From: Octopus bimaculoides
Taxonomy: Eukaryota
Reading direction: 5' to 3'
NCBI RefSeq assembly: GCF_001194135.2
Contig: NC_069007.1
Location: 5,253,539-5,311,289, forward strand
Length of the DNA: 57,751 nucleotides
Shown here: piece by piece, positions 1-12,212 of the stretch
Layout of the letters: each line of letters opens with the position of its first letter
How positions within the stretch are numbered: the stretch's first letter is position 1
The notes under the pieces: generated by a model
Told to the model about the DNA's origin: nothing
Seen by the model: only the letters and a program-made list of their open reading frames with translations
The model's database searches: none
Made by a program: the position numbers and the translations under genes

Positions 1-72
1 AGCACATACCCAAGGCGCACAGAGCTGCGCTCGGTAGTGAAGTGAAAGCACGTTATAAAAATAAAACTACTG
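1..72 (+). mobile_element. 3' end of R4/Dong-like non-LTR retrotransposon (subfamily 1), cut by window edge
   Basis: Nearly identical to the reverse complement of 24620-24680, which is the 3' end of a copy carrying the RLE-type ORF end. Followed by (AAT)n. Confidence 0.75.
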
Positions 73-97
73 AATAATAATAATGATAATAATAATA

Positions 98-430
98 GGG
101 AGCATCATAGCCATGCGTTGAGAGGAATTCTTTGGGGTTTGAATAATTCACCTTTGGAAACATGAGTGTTTTGCTCAACATCCTTAAACAACCCTTATTC
201 AGGGACCTTTTGAGCAGGATGGGCTACTCGACCTGAAGAAAATTCTAACTGGGCCCCACCTGCGAGGTCATGCGCTGTTTATCTTGATATGAGATCACCA
301 TGTCACGCACATGTGGTTGTGATGCATGTGTCTGGTGTACCCTCATCAGACGGGTAGTCATGATGGCTATAATGGGCTTCGTATGTTTTACCCCTTTGTC
401 ATTTTGATGGCATACACTTCTCTCTCACTC
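98..430 (+). mobile_element. Element D (unclassified non-autonomous repeat), 5'-truncated copy in (AAT)n
   Basis: Reverse complement of 29963-30297. Flanked on both sides by (AAT)n; ends ...ctctcactc(aat)n. Confidence 0.7.
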
Positions 431-478
<48 letters not shown>

Positions 479-485
479 GATAATA

Positions 486-521
<36 letters not shown>

Positions 522-678
522 ATGTTGGGTTTAATTTCACTCATTCTCCCTCTCTGTCTCTCAAGACAAATGAAGAAATCTATTAAGTTGGAAATAAAGT
601 CTTGAAGCATTTTTGTCACTTTTAGGGTAACTTTTCAATACTTACAGAAAAATAAGAATTAATTTTTACATTGGTGAA

Positions 679-872
679 GGCGTACCTGTGTGGTAAGAAA
701 CTTACTTCCCAACCTCATGGTTCTGGGCTCAGTCCCACTGCATGGCATCTTGGGAAAAGTGTCTTCTATTATGGCATCAGGCTGACCAAAGCCTTGTGAG
801 TGGATTTGGTAGATGGAAACTGAAAGAAGCCCATCATACATATATGTATGTATGCATGTATGCATGTATGCA

Positions 873-904
<32 letters not shown>

Positions 905-1113
905 TGTGTGTTTGTCCTGCACCATTGCTTGACAATCAACGTTAGTGTGTTTATGTCCCCATAACTTAGTGGTTCAGCAAAAGAGACTGCTAGAATAAGT
1001 ACCAAACTTAAAATAAAAAGAATAAGTGCTGGGGTTGATCCATTCGACTAAGAATTCTTCAAGGTGGTGCTCCAGCATGGCCACAATCACACGATTGAAA
1101 CAAGCGAGAGAAA
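679..1113 (+). mobile_element. SINE-B (tRNA-like head, internal (TA)/(TG) microsatellite, gtaaaaga-type tail), diverged
   Basis: Colinear similarity to near-consensus copies such as 5521-5931 and 52074-52508. Confidence 0.85.
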
Positions 1114-1200
1114 GATTCCAATGTATTTTTCTTTCGTTGTAGATTACTTCATAATAATTAAATTCTTATTGATTTTTATCCTTTTAGACTGAATTTAGCT

Positions 1201-1449
1201 CAGTCTCTTATCAGACGCTGCATGCTGTATGAATTCAGAAGTAGCTCTTCAGCATTGCAAGTGGCAAGGAATATTCACTCTATCTATGGAAATGAAACTT
1301 GAAGTGTCTGGAAATGCCGAAGATGGTTTGGCCAGTTTCCCTTGGGAAATTTTTCTCTCACTAAGACTCCTTGATCTGGGTGACAAAGTTCTATTAATAC
1401 TGGAGCTTTTGAAAACTGTAGTTGAGGAAAATCCAAAACACACTGTATT
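1201..1449 (+). pseudogene. Mariner-family transposase N-terminal (HTH) relic
   Basis: Translates as QSLIRRCMLYEFRSSSSALQVARNIHSIYGNET*SVWKCRRWFGQFPLGNFSLTKTP*SG, then a frameshift to LELLKTVVEENPKHTV. Matches the mariner IRHCMLYEF...ARNI...YG...C.RWF..F..GNF.L...PRSGRP pattern; contains stops and a frameshift. Confidence 0.8.
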
Positions 1450-1480
1450 AACCCTTTAGTGCTATGTTATTACAAGTCTG

Positions 1481-1668
1481 TGGATGCGCAATGGCCCAGT
1501 GGTTAGGGCAGTGGACTTGCGGTCATAGGATCGCGGTTTCGATTCCCAGACCTAGCGTTTTGAGTGTTTATTGAGCGTAAACACCTAAAGCTCCACAAGG
1601 CTCCGGTAGGGGGATGGCGGCGAACCCTGCTGTACTCTTTCACCACAACTTTCTCTCACTCTTACTTT
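1481..1668 (+). mobile_element. SINE-A 5' part (tRNA-derived head)
   Basis: gcgcaatggcccagtggttagggcagtggact...gtttcgattcccagac (A/B-box-like). Same family as 13999-14383. Confidence 0.85.
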
Positions 1669-1671
1669 CAC

Positions 1672-1950
1672 GAAGTACTGAGTTCGATTTCTGGACCAGG
1701 CTGTGTGCTGTTTTCTTGAGCAAGACACTTTATTTCACGTTGCTCCAGTTCACTCAGCTGTAGTAATGAATTGTGACATCACTGGTGCCAAGCTATAGAG
1801 GTCTTTACTTTCCCTTGGATAACTTTGGTGGCATGGAGAGAGGTGACTGGTATGCATGTGCGACTGCTGGTCTTCTACAAACAACCTTTCCCAGACTTGT
1901 GCCTCAGAGGGGAAATTTCTAGGTGCAATCCCTTGGTCATTCATGACTGA
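1672..1950 (+). mobile_element. SINE-F (CORE-like central domain)
   Basis: cttgagcaagacactttatttcacgttgctccag...; colinear with 48842-49172. Confidence 0.75.
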
Positions 1951-2094
1951 TGGGGGACTTTTTCTTAATTTAAAACAACATAAATAAATAAACTTTACAT
2001 TTGATAGAATAATATGAAAATTATAGGGTTAAACCAGTGAAAACAGACCCAAATATTATATTTGTAGAATTAAGGATTTTATAATTTTTATTTT

Positions 2095-2490
2095 ATCTTT
2101 TTCCTGCTTTAGTCAGAGGACTGTAGCCATGTTGAGTGGGTGGGGACCACCTTGAAGCATTCAGTCATACAACGAGTCCCTAATGCTCATTTTGAAGTCT
2201 GGTACTTAGTCTGTCAGCCTCTTATGCTTAACAGGTAAATTAAAGGGTTGCAAATATACCAACACTGGTTCTCAAGCAGTGGAAGGGGGTACAAACACAC
2301 ACACACATACATACACATATGTATATGCAATGGAATTCCGCACACACAGGTTCCATCTACCAAATTTGCTTACGCTGCAATGCTTAGCTCAAAGCCATAA
2401 CAAATGACTCTTGCTCAAGGTGCCTCATGGTAGGACTGAACCCAAAACCATATGGTTGCAAACTGAGCTTCTTAACCATGCAGCCACACC
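2095..2490 (-). mobile_element. SINE-B, old degenerate copy
   Basis: Patchy colinear similarity to SINE-B including the central CA tract. Confidence 0.6.
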
Positions 2491-2612
2491 AGGGCATATA
2501 TGCAGATTAGCAGTGAAACTTGACCGACAGAAGGATCCGCCCTCTCACATTTAAAATAGCTTATCAAAACAATTTTGCTTGCACACACACACACAGAGGC
2601 ATTATTTTTGCC

Positions 2613-2659
<47 letters not shown>

Positions 2660-2660
2660 A

Positions 2661-2716
2661 CATCATCATTTAGTGTCCATTTTCCATGCATGGAAAACGG
2701 ACACTAAATGATGATG
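2661..2716. repeat. 56-bp palindrome made of two RTE-type 3' tails, flanked by (TA)n
   Basis: catcatcatttagtgtccattttccatg|catggaaaacggacactaaatgatgatg; one mismatch. Confidence 0.85.
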
Positions 2717-2719
2717 ATG

Positions 2720-2761
<42 letters not shown>

Positions 2762-3954
2762 NNNNNNNNNNNNNNNNNNNNNNNNNNNNNNNNNNNNNNN
2801 NNNNNNNNNNNNNNNNNNNNNNNNNNNNNNNNNNNNNNNNNNNNNNNNNNNNNNNNNNNNNNNNNNNNNNNNNNNNNNNNNNNNNNNNNNNNNNNNNNNN
2901 NNNNNNNNNNNNNNNNNNNNNNNNNNNNNNNNNNNNNNNNNNNNNNNNNNNNNNNNNNNNNNNNNNNNNNNNNNNNNNNNNNNNNNNNNNNNNNNNNNNN
3001 NNNNNNNNNNNNNNNNNNNNNNNNNNNNNNNNNNNNNNNNNNNNNNNNNNNNNNNNNNNTATATATAGGCAAAAATAATGCCTGTATGTTGAGGCAATGA
3101 ATGTATATGTTTTTCTGTGTTTTTTCTTTTATTAATAAACTGTGTAATTCATTTATGGAAGTGAAGTAAACACTCATTCTAAAACTTGTATTTCACATAT
3201 CAATTACACACACACAGACATATATATATATATATATATAATGCGCGCGTGTATGTGTGTGTGTGTGTGTGCACATATGCTTATAGACACACACACATGC
3301 ATACACACACAGACATATATATATATATATACACACACACATATATACTCACAATCACACATATGTTTATGCATACACACCTATATAAAATTTCTATTGT
3401 AAGCAATATAGATTGATTAGACCCGCCTAGATAGCCAAAACAAAACAGTATTTCATGGACACACAGACAGACATACACACAGATAATATGTACAGAGTGA
3501 CATTCAGATACACAAACCTACAGACAAATGCATATACACACAGAAAAGTANNNNNNNNNNATACATACATATACATACATACATATACATATATATACAT
3601 ACATATACATATATATACATACATACACATACATATATATACATACATACACATACATATATATACATACATACACATACACATACATACATACACATAC
3701 ATATATATACATACATACAGACAAATAGACATAGTTGACATTTTACTGAACCATAAACCTGATAAGATAAGGGCTTCCATTGGTATTTCAACAATGAAAA
3801 CTTGCCCTCATAAATTGTGCTTCCCTTTGAAACTCGAGTCGCCTCCATTGTTAAAGGGCAGTAAAGCTCATGACCAAAGTAAGAGAAGTTGGCAGACCGT
3901 GATTGACCTCTATTTGGAGAGCTGTGGGTTCGTTTGTATGAAGGTCAGTGGTTA

Positions 3955-3969
3955 GGCAGAGAGTTAGAT

Positions 3970-4011
<42 letters not shown>

Positions 4012-4341
4012 AGAAGGGCTCGCAGCTGAAGTTCAGAGTTTTTAGCGATGAAGAAACAAAGAGATGTTCTCAAAGCGATCTTCTCCGAATGAATGGAAGG
4101 AAAATTGTGCTGTTTTTATTTATTTGTATAGTTTAATGTTTGGAGTTTTCAGAGGATCCCTGGAAAAGACTCTAAAACACTTTTTGTGCCTGAAATTTTT
4201 TAGGTATTTTTCTATAATAGAAAAGTTTATTATTTCATTTTATTTTATTTTCATTTTATCTAGTTTCAGCTCATGAGCTGTGGCCATGCTGGGGCACCGC
4301 CATTTATGCTNNNNNNNNNNNNNNNNGGCAGAGAGTTAGAT

Positions 4342-4383
<42 letters not shown>

Positions 4384-4682
4384 AGAAGGGCTCGCAGCTG
4401 AAGTTCAGAGTTTTTAGCGATGAAGAAACAAAGAGATGTTCTCAAAGCGATCTTCTCCGAATGAATGGAAGGAAAATTGTGCTGTTTTTATTTATTTGTA
4501 TAGTTTAATGTTTGGAGTTTTCAGAGGATCCCTGGAAAAGACTCTAAAACACTTTTTGTGCCTGAAATTTTTTAGGTATTTTTCTATAATAGAAAAGTTT
4601 ATTATTTCATTTTATTTTATTTTCATTTTATCTAGTTTCAGCTCATGAGCTGTGGCCATGCTGGGGCACCGCCATTTATGCT
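3955..4682. other. 356-bp direct duplication across a 16-N gap (probable assembly overlap)
   Basis: 3955-4310 and 4327-4682 appear identical and abut the gap. Confidence 0.8.
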
Positions 4683-4806
4683 TATTGTTATTCTCTGAGT
4701 TGTTTTCTTTCTGTTAAGTGACAGAAAAAAAAATTCCATGAACAGATGGATCCAGTTTTATGTTGAGCATTTCCACTTCATAAAGAAAAAAGTATAAGAG
4801 TAAAAG

Positions 4807-5191
4807 AGAATGCTTAGTGGCATTTCATCCATCTATGTTCATATGTTCAGGGTTCAATTCCTGCCAAGGTCAACTTTACCTTTCATCCTTTTGGAGTCGA
4901 TAAAATAAGTACCAGTTATATATTGAGGATGATGTAATCAACTTCCCCCTCCCATCAAAAACTGTTGGCTCTGTTCCAAAATTTGAAACCATTACGACGG
5001 CAGTGGGACTGAAAGTGTGTTTGACGAAATACCTCATGGTATTTTGTTCCAGCTTCTTATGTTCTGAGTTTGAAACGCACTGAGAACAGCTTTGCCCTTT
5101 GTCTTTTCAAAGTTGATCAAATAGAGTACCAGTCACATACTAGGGTCAATGGTTTCAGCATAGCACTTCTCCTTAAAACTGCTGGCCAAAG
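4807..5191 (+). mobile_element. Two tandem degenerate SINE-C copies
   Basis: Diagnostic gactttgcctttcatccttt..ggtcgataaaataagtacc core occurs twice. Confidence 0.65.
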
Positions 5192-5417
5192 TATGCATGT
5201 ATATCTGTGTGTGTGTAGGCATGCGTGGATGTATAAGTGTGTTTATGTGTCTGTGAATATGTGTGTGTGTGTGTGTGTGTGTATGCATGTATATATGTGT
5301 GTGTGAGCTTGTGTGTGTGTGTGTATGTGTGTAGTGAACATGAAGGTGTGTGCATATGTGTACAAGTGTATGCATACAAATATATATATGTATGTGTATA
5401 GGTATGTGTGTGTGAGT

Positions 5418-5450
<33 letters not shown>

Positions 5451-5520
5451 TATAAGCATGCATGCATGCATGTGTGTATAGATGTATGTATGTATGTATT
5501 ATATATGTATGTATATCTAC

Positions 5521-5931
5521 TCTTTTACTCTTTTACTTGTTTCAGTCTTTTAACTGCGGCCATGCTGGAGCACCGCCTTTAGTCGAGCAAATCGACCCCA
5601 GGACTTATTCTTTAGAAGCCTAGTACTTATTCTATCGGTCTCCTTTGCCGAACCGCAAAGTTACGGGGACATAAACACACCAGCATCGGTTGTCAAGCGA
5701 TGTTGGGGGGGACAAACACAGACACACAAACACATACATACATACACATATATATATATACATATATACGACGGGCTTCTTTCAGTTTCCGTCTACCAAA
5801 TCCACTCACAAGGCTTTGGTCGGCCCGAGGCTATAGTAGAAGACACTTGCCCAAGATGCCACGCAGTGGGACTGAACCCGGGACCATGTGGTTGGTAAGC
5901 AAGCTACTTACCACACAGCCACTCCTACGCC
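5521..5931 (-). mobile_element. SINE-B, near-consensus full length
   Basis: Head, core (ttgggcaagtgtcttctactatagcc), internal microsatellite and (GTAAAAGA)n tail all present. Confidence 0.92.
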
Positions 5932-6262
5932 TATGTGCAGATTTGTTTTATGTATGTATGCATGTATGTGTGTGTATGTGTGTGTATGTTTGCTTGCATG
6001 TGTTTTAAAATTTGTGTCTACACGTGTACATACATGTGCAAATAGCAAGTGTATATGTCTGGTTGCTTATATAAAAGGGGTAAAGAACATGAGTAGTGAT
6101 GAATATCATTCCCACTATTATCTAAGTCTGTATTTATCTAAGTCAATAGTTATCTAGGTCTACATCTACATATCCAATATATATATATATATATATATTA
6201 TACACATGCACATATAAATATATACATACATATACACATTCTCATACATACACATAATATTT

Positions 6263-6295
<33 letters not shown>

Positions 6296-6365
6296 AGCAA
6301 TGATGATGATGATATATAATATATATATTATAACATAATATATATACGTAATATACAATATAATA

Positions 6366-6408
<43 letters not shown>

Positions 6409-7635
6409 NNNNNNNNNNNNNNNNNNNNNNNNNNNNNNNNNNNNNNNNNNNNNNNNNNNNNNNNNNNNNNNNNNNNNNNNNNNNNNNNNNNNNNNNNNNN
6501 NNNNNNNNNNNNNNNNNNNNNNNNNNNNNNNNNNNNNNNNNNNNNNNNNNNNNNNNNNNNNNNNNNNNNNNNNNNNNNNNNNNNNNNNNNNNNNNNNNNN
6601 NNNNNNNNNNNNNNNNNNNNNNNNNNNNNNNNNNNNNNNNNNNNNNNNNNNNNNNNNNNNNNNNNNNNNNNNNNNNNNNNNNNNNNNNNNNNNNNNNNNN
6701 NNNNNNNNNNNNNNNNNNNNNNNNNNNNNNNNNNNNNNNNNNNNNNNNNNNNNNNNNNNNNNNNNNNNNNNNNNNNNNNNNNNNNNNNNNNNNNNNNNNN
6801 NNNNNNNNNNNNNNNNNNNNNNNNNNNNNNNNNNNNNNNNNNNNNNNNNNNNNNNNNNNNNNNNNNNNNNNNNNNNNNNNNNNNNNNNNNNNNNNNNNNN
6901 NNNNNNNNNNNNNNNNNNNNNNNNNNNNNNNNNNNNNNNNNNNNNNNNNNNNNNNNNNNNNNNNNNNNNNNNNNNNNNNNNNNNNNNNNNNNNNNNNNNN
7001 NNNNNNNNNNNNNNNNNNNNNNNNNNNNNNNNNNNNNNNNNNNNNNNNNNNNNNNNNNNNNNNNNNNNNNNNNNNNNNNNNNNNNNNNNNNNNNNNNNNN
7101 NNNNNNNNNNNNNNNNNNNNNNNNNNNNNNNNNNNNNNNATATATATATTACTTTGCAGATATCTCATTTATCAATACCAGACCAAGATGTGTAACAACA
7201 ACAGCAACAACAACAACAACAACAACAACAATAATAATAATAATAGTGATAAACCCTTCCAAAAAGATCGAATTTTCAAACTTTGGCACAATTCCATACT
7301 TGCAGCTATTATTAAGTAGGTGCCTTAATATAACATAAACAGGACATTGTTGCTTTTGGCAAAGGTTACCTTGGTGTTGAAGGATTAAAAATTATAATAA
7401 TGGATTATTGATCTCTGACAGTAGGTCCCAGGATGGGGATGATTGACAGGATTATTAGCGCACTTGTCAATGGTCAATTGAAATAATTGTTAAAGGAATG
7501 CTTCGTGAAGGAGATGGTGGTGCCCTCCAAAGGTCAAGGGTCAAGAGTTGGCTCGGGATTGGGGTACAGTGGAAAATGTTATATGGGTACTAGGGATGAA
7601 AGGGGCAGTAGGAGGGTGTGATAGGTACAGATCTT

Positions 7636-8041
7636 TCTTTTATCTTTTACTTGTTTCAGTTATTAGACTGTGGTCATGCTGGAGCGCTGCCTTTAGTCGA
7701 GCAAATCGACCCCAGGACTTATTCTTTGTAAGCCTAGTACTTATTCTATCGGTCTCTTTTTGCCGAACCGCTAAGTTACGGGGACGTAAGCACACCAGCA
7801 TCGGTTGTCAAGCGATGGTGGGGGGACAAACACAGACACACAAACACACACACACACATATATATATATACATATATACGACGGGCTTCTTTCAGTTTCC
7901 ATCTACCAAATCCACTCACAAGGCTTTGGTCGGCCCGAGGCTATAGTAGAAGACACTTGCCCAAAGTGCTACGCAGTTGGACTGAACCCGGAACCTTGTG
8001 GTTGGTAAGCAAGCTACTTACCACACAGCCACTCCTGCGCC
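7636..8041 (-). mobile_element. SINE-B, near-consensus full length
   Basis: Highly similar to 5521-5931. Confidence 0.92.
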
Positions 8042-8197
8042 TGTTTTTTTTTTTTTTTTAAGTCTGGTACTTATTTGGTAAGTCTCTTTTGTTGAACTGC
8101 TAAGCTATGGGGGATCGATACAAAACAACACCAATCATCAAATGGTAGGGTGACAAACACTGACACACACACATGTGTCTTTGTGTATCTCTCTCTC

Positions 8198-8228
<31 letters not shown>

Positions 8229-8399
8229 ATGTATCATTTTTTCTTTTATATGTTTCTGCCCAAAGGCTGTGGCAATGCTGGAGCAACACCAGTGCATATA
8301 TATATATATTATCAATTAATACTAAATACTGTCATGGTATTTTTTATGCATGCTAAGCCACTGATATTATTATAAACAATAATACCCACGTATATATAT

Positions 8400-8921
8400 A
8401 TATAGGAACCTGGCAGGCGTGAAGTGGATTCGATCCACTATACCCATATTTGAATAACTAGGCCGAAGCGGTCTCCACCACTTGACCCTTTTCTGACCTC
8501 TTTCTACTCCATCTAGAATTGAGGTAAACAAGCTAAATCCTTTGCACTCACTGCCCGGCTTCATGGCTATAAAAACAGGACACTCCAAGAAAACTTCCTC
8601 TTTCTCTCTTTAGTCACCAGCTGTGAAGCCTCCACAGCTTGGTCGCTGGTCAGCGGCGACTGGACATCTGAAGCCATGGACATAAGCAGGCATACAAGCT
8701 AGTAATTCCTTTTCTCTATAACCCTACCATCTCTCCCTCTATACAATTACTGCTATAAAAGAAGGTACATACAGATACAGGCCTAAATCCTTAACCTTGC
8801 ATGTTTTATATACTATTACACTGGCCTACCTGTCGTGGTATGGCAACATAGAATGTAACAGCAAAAATAAATATTTTCTTATTAAAAATGATCTTCATCG
8901 TCCAATCTTAAAACCGTTACA
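8400..8921 (+). mobile_element. Putative LTR (5' boundary uncertain) ending ...ccgttaCA immediately before a tRNA-Trp PBS
   Basis: Ends in CA 2 nt before TGG-PBS. AATAAA/ATTAAA near the end, ctataaaa motifs at about 8567 and 8753, several short hairpins. No second LTR in the window. Confidence 0.4.
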
Positions 8922-8923
8922 AG

Positions 8924-8957
8924 TGGTGACCCCGACGTGATTCGAACACACAGCCTT
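8924..8957 (+). other. Complement of the mature tRNA-Trp(CCA) 3' half including CCA (extended primer-binding site or tRNA retro-fragment)
   Basis: TGGTGACCCCGACGTGATTCGAACACACAGCCTT is the reverse complement of metazoan tRNA-Trp ...AAGGCTGCGTGTTCGAATCACGTCGGGGTCA-CCA with one mismatch (tRNA sequence from memory). Confidence 0.85.
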
Positions 8958-9092
8958 TATATATATATATCTGTAGAATCTACAAATCTGGAGAATCTAC
9001 AAGAATAGATGCAAGCACTAATTTATAAAAAACTTGTGACATATTAATAAAAATCTGTAAATGTACAACCATCCAGATATCTGAGTACCTTA

Positions 9093-9397
9093 CAGTGTAT
9101 ATTAAAATACATAAGAGGAATCAACTCACTGGATCCCTTACGCTAGAAAGAACTGCTAGGTTCTAGAACCACAAAATTAGGGATAAAATCTCAAAAGGAA
9201 CGAAATGAAAAATAAAAACTTTTACCATATCTTTCCTGGACCAAATTGGTCCAGGAAAGAGATGGTAAAAGTTTTTATTTTTCATTTCGTTCCTTTCGAG
9301 ATTTTATCCCTAATTTTGTGGTTCTAGAACCTAGCTGTTATTTCTAGCGTAAGAGATCCCATGAGTGGATTCCTCTTATGTATTTTAATTTACACTG
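9093..9397. mobile_element. Foldback (fully palindromic) Tc1/mariner-type MITE
   Basis: About 150-bp arms meeting at a 3-nt loop (9244-9246). Termini CAGTG...CACTG, flanked by TA at 9091-9092 and 9398-9399. Confidence 0.8.
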
Positions 9398-9812
9398 TAC
9401 CTTATGAGTAACTCATAGTCTTTGGACTAAACTTTTATATCAAATATNNNNNNNNNNNNNNNNNNNNNNNNNNNNNNNNNNNNNNNNNNNNNNNNNNNNN
9501 NNNNNNNNNNNNNNNNNNNNNNNNNNNNNNNNNNNNNNNNNNNNNNNNNNNNNNNNNNNNNNNNNNNNNNNNNNNNNNNNNNNNNNNNNNNNNNNNNNNN
9601 NNNNNNNNNNNNNNNNNNNNNNNNNNNNNNNNNNNNNNNNNNNNNNNNNNNNNNNNNNNNNNNNNNNNNNNNNNNNNNNNNNNNNNNNNNNNNNNNATAT
9701 GAATATACACTGGGAGAAAACCACCGTGTAGATTTCTTACATGCTAAAAATGGCAGCCAAAGCCCAAAACCACGGAAAAAAACATTATTTAATTTTTACT
9801 CTTGTATAAAGT

Positions 9813-9843
<31 letters not shown>

Positions 9844-10384
9844 TCTGGGGAGAGTCATATTGTCTTAATGCCTTATTTTCCAACACACTCACATAACTTG
9901 CTACAACACGCGAGTTCACATCAAGAATCTTGCAAACCAGATACAAAAACGAAACGCACACACACACGCACACATCTTTCCTTCCTGGATAGGAATCTGG
10001 TCTGTTACAGAACTGCCAGCTGAGTGAACTAGAACCACATGAAACAAAGTATTTTTGCCCAAGAACACAATGCATCACATGGCCCCGGAATCAAAACCAC
10101 AACCTCACAATTATGAGTGCAACTCCAGCACTGAACCAACTAGATCACACAATTTGCCCTTGAGTGGTCTTGACAATGATGGATGCTTGACCACTAGAGA
10201 TAGCAGTGATTTATCTTCCTGTGAACAATATATAGATAAGCAGTGCCAGGAAGGTACTGGTGTCATGATTTTCCAGTTAGTTTGTTAATAAATATATAAT
10301 AGCAACACAGGCAGTATTAATACTGAGATAAATAGATAGATAGTAAGACAGATAGACAGGTACACACACACACACACATCTATA

Positions 10385-10548
10385 TATATGACAGGCTTCT
10401 TTCAGTTTCCATCTACGAAATCCACTCACAAGGCTTTGGTCAGAATAAGGCTGAGTATGAAACACATGTCCATGGTGCAACACAGTGAGATTGAACCCAG
10501 AACCATGTGGTTTGGAAGCAAATGTCTTAACTACGCAGTCATGCCCAT
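10385..10548 (-). mobile_element. SINE-B 5' half
   Basis: ggcttctttcagtttccatctac..aaatccactcacaaggctttggtc block. Confidence 0.75.
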
Positions 10549-10736
10549 AGCAACAACAACAACAACATCAGTTTCAAACTCCATATTAATCTCATTAACC
10601 ATATTACACCACCATTTTTTTCCAATACAAGAAGGGACTTCATAGTCTGTAAACAATGCCCTTCCGATTCCAAACCATATGGAACAAAATCAAGCAATAT
10701 TTCAGTGAGATCGTAATTTAATCAGCCAAAAATAAC

Positions 10737-10791
<55 letters not shown>

Positions 10792-11170
10792 GTAGTAGTA
10801 GTAGTAGTAGTAAATTCTTTTTGATTAATAAATTTTGTTTCACAAACTATCTAATTACATTCATTATCCTGTTAATCTATAAATGAGTGAATTTTCATTT
10901 TTGTTATTTGTTTATTTTTAATGTTATTTTTGTTTTCCCTAAATTAATTTTCTAATGGTTACACAACGATGTAACGTTTTTAATTGCGCACATCATCAAG
11001 AAAATTTACATAATTTTCTGCATTAACTATTTATCATATGCATTACTATGTTGGGCCAAAGAGGGGCTTCTTTCATGTGGTCATTTGTGGCTTTTGGAGT
11101 CAATAAAATAAATACCTGTTGAGCACAGGGGTCAATGAAATTGGTATCTCCTTCTCTTAAAATTGCTGGC

Positions 11171-11363
11171 GTGGAAGCGCAATGGCCCAGTGGTTAGTGC
11201 AGCGGACTCGCGGTCATAGGATCGTGGTTTCGATTCCCAGACTGGGCGTTGTGAGTGTTTATTGAGCGAAAACACCTAAAGCTCAGGTGTTTTCATGAGC
11301 AGGCTGTTCCGTTGATCAGATCAACTGGAACCCTCAACGTCGTAAGCGACAGAGTGCCAACAA
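11171..11363 (+). mobile_element. SINE-A with internal deletion and 12-bp TSD, inserted in a SINE-C tail
   Basis: Head joined directly to 3' tail (...gagtgccaacaa). aaaattgctggc repeated at 11159-11170 and 11364-11375. Confidence 0.88.
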
Positions 11364-11385
11364 AAAATTGCTGGCCTTGTTGTTA

Positions 11386-11816
11386 GGCAGAATTGTTAGC
11401 ACGCTGGACAAAATGCTTAGCAATATTTTGTCCATCTTAATGTTCTGAGTTCAAATTCTGCTAAGGTCAACTTTGCCTTTCATCCTTTTAGGGGTGATAA
11501 ATTAAATACCAGTTGAGTATTGGAGTCAATATAATTGACTTTCCCCCTCTCCCAAAACTTCAGGCCTTGTGCCTAGAGTAGAAATGATAATTATTAGTAT
11601 TATTAAGGTAGCGAGCTGGCAGAATCATTAGCACACTGGGCAAATTGCTCTGCAGCATTTCGTGTGTCTTTACATTCTGAGTTCAAATTCTGCCGAGGTC
11701 GACTTTGCCTTTCATCCTTTCGGGGTTGAGGAAATAAGTACCAGTTATGTACTGGGGTTGATGTAATTGACTTAGCCTTTCCCCTCCACAAAAAAAAAAT
11801 TCAGGCCTTGTGCCTT
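11386..11816 (+). mobile_element. Two head-to-tail SINE-C copies
   Basis: 11386-11604 and 11605-11816; second head follows the (ATT)-type tail of the first. Confidence 0.85.
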
Positions 11817-12089
11817 AGCTTGCTTACCAATCACATGGTTCCGGGTTCAGTCCCACTGCGTGGTACCTTGGGCAAAGTGTCTTCTACTATAGCCTCGGGC
11901 TGACCAAAGCCTTCTGACAACCGATGCTGGTGTGTTTATGTCCCCGTAACTTCGCGGTTCGGCAAAAAGAGACCGATAGAATAAGTACTAGGCTTACAAA
12001 GAATAAGTCCTGGGGTCGATTTGCTTGACTAAAGGTGGTGCTCCAGCATGGCCGCAGTCAAATGACTGAAACAAGTAAAAGAGTAAAGA
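11817..12089 (+). mobile_element. SINE-B lacking the central microsatellite block
   Basis: ccaaagcctt joined directly to ctgacaaccgatgctgg. Confidence 0.85.
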
Positions 12090-12212
12090 GTATATGCACA
12101 AGACCCAAAATTTTGGGGAAGCAGGTAAGTCAATTAGAGTGACCCCAGTGCTTGACTGGTACCTATTTTATCTACCCTGAAAGAATGAAAGGCAAAGTTT
12201 GTCTGTGTGGGT

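Noticed and set aside
342-349. CTGATGAG on the minus strand in element D (also 13686-13693) as a hammerhead
   Set aside because: No stem II followed by GAAA downstream.
3955-4682. Tandem 356-bp duplication as a biological event
   Set aside because: Apparently identical copies abutting a short gap; typical unmerged contig overlap. The same applies to 30993-31078.
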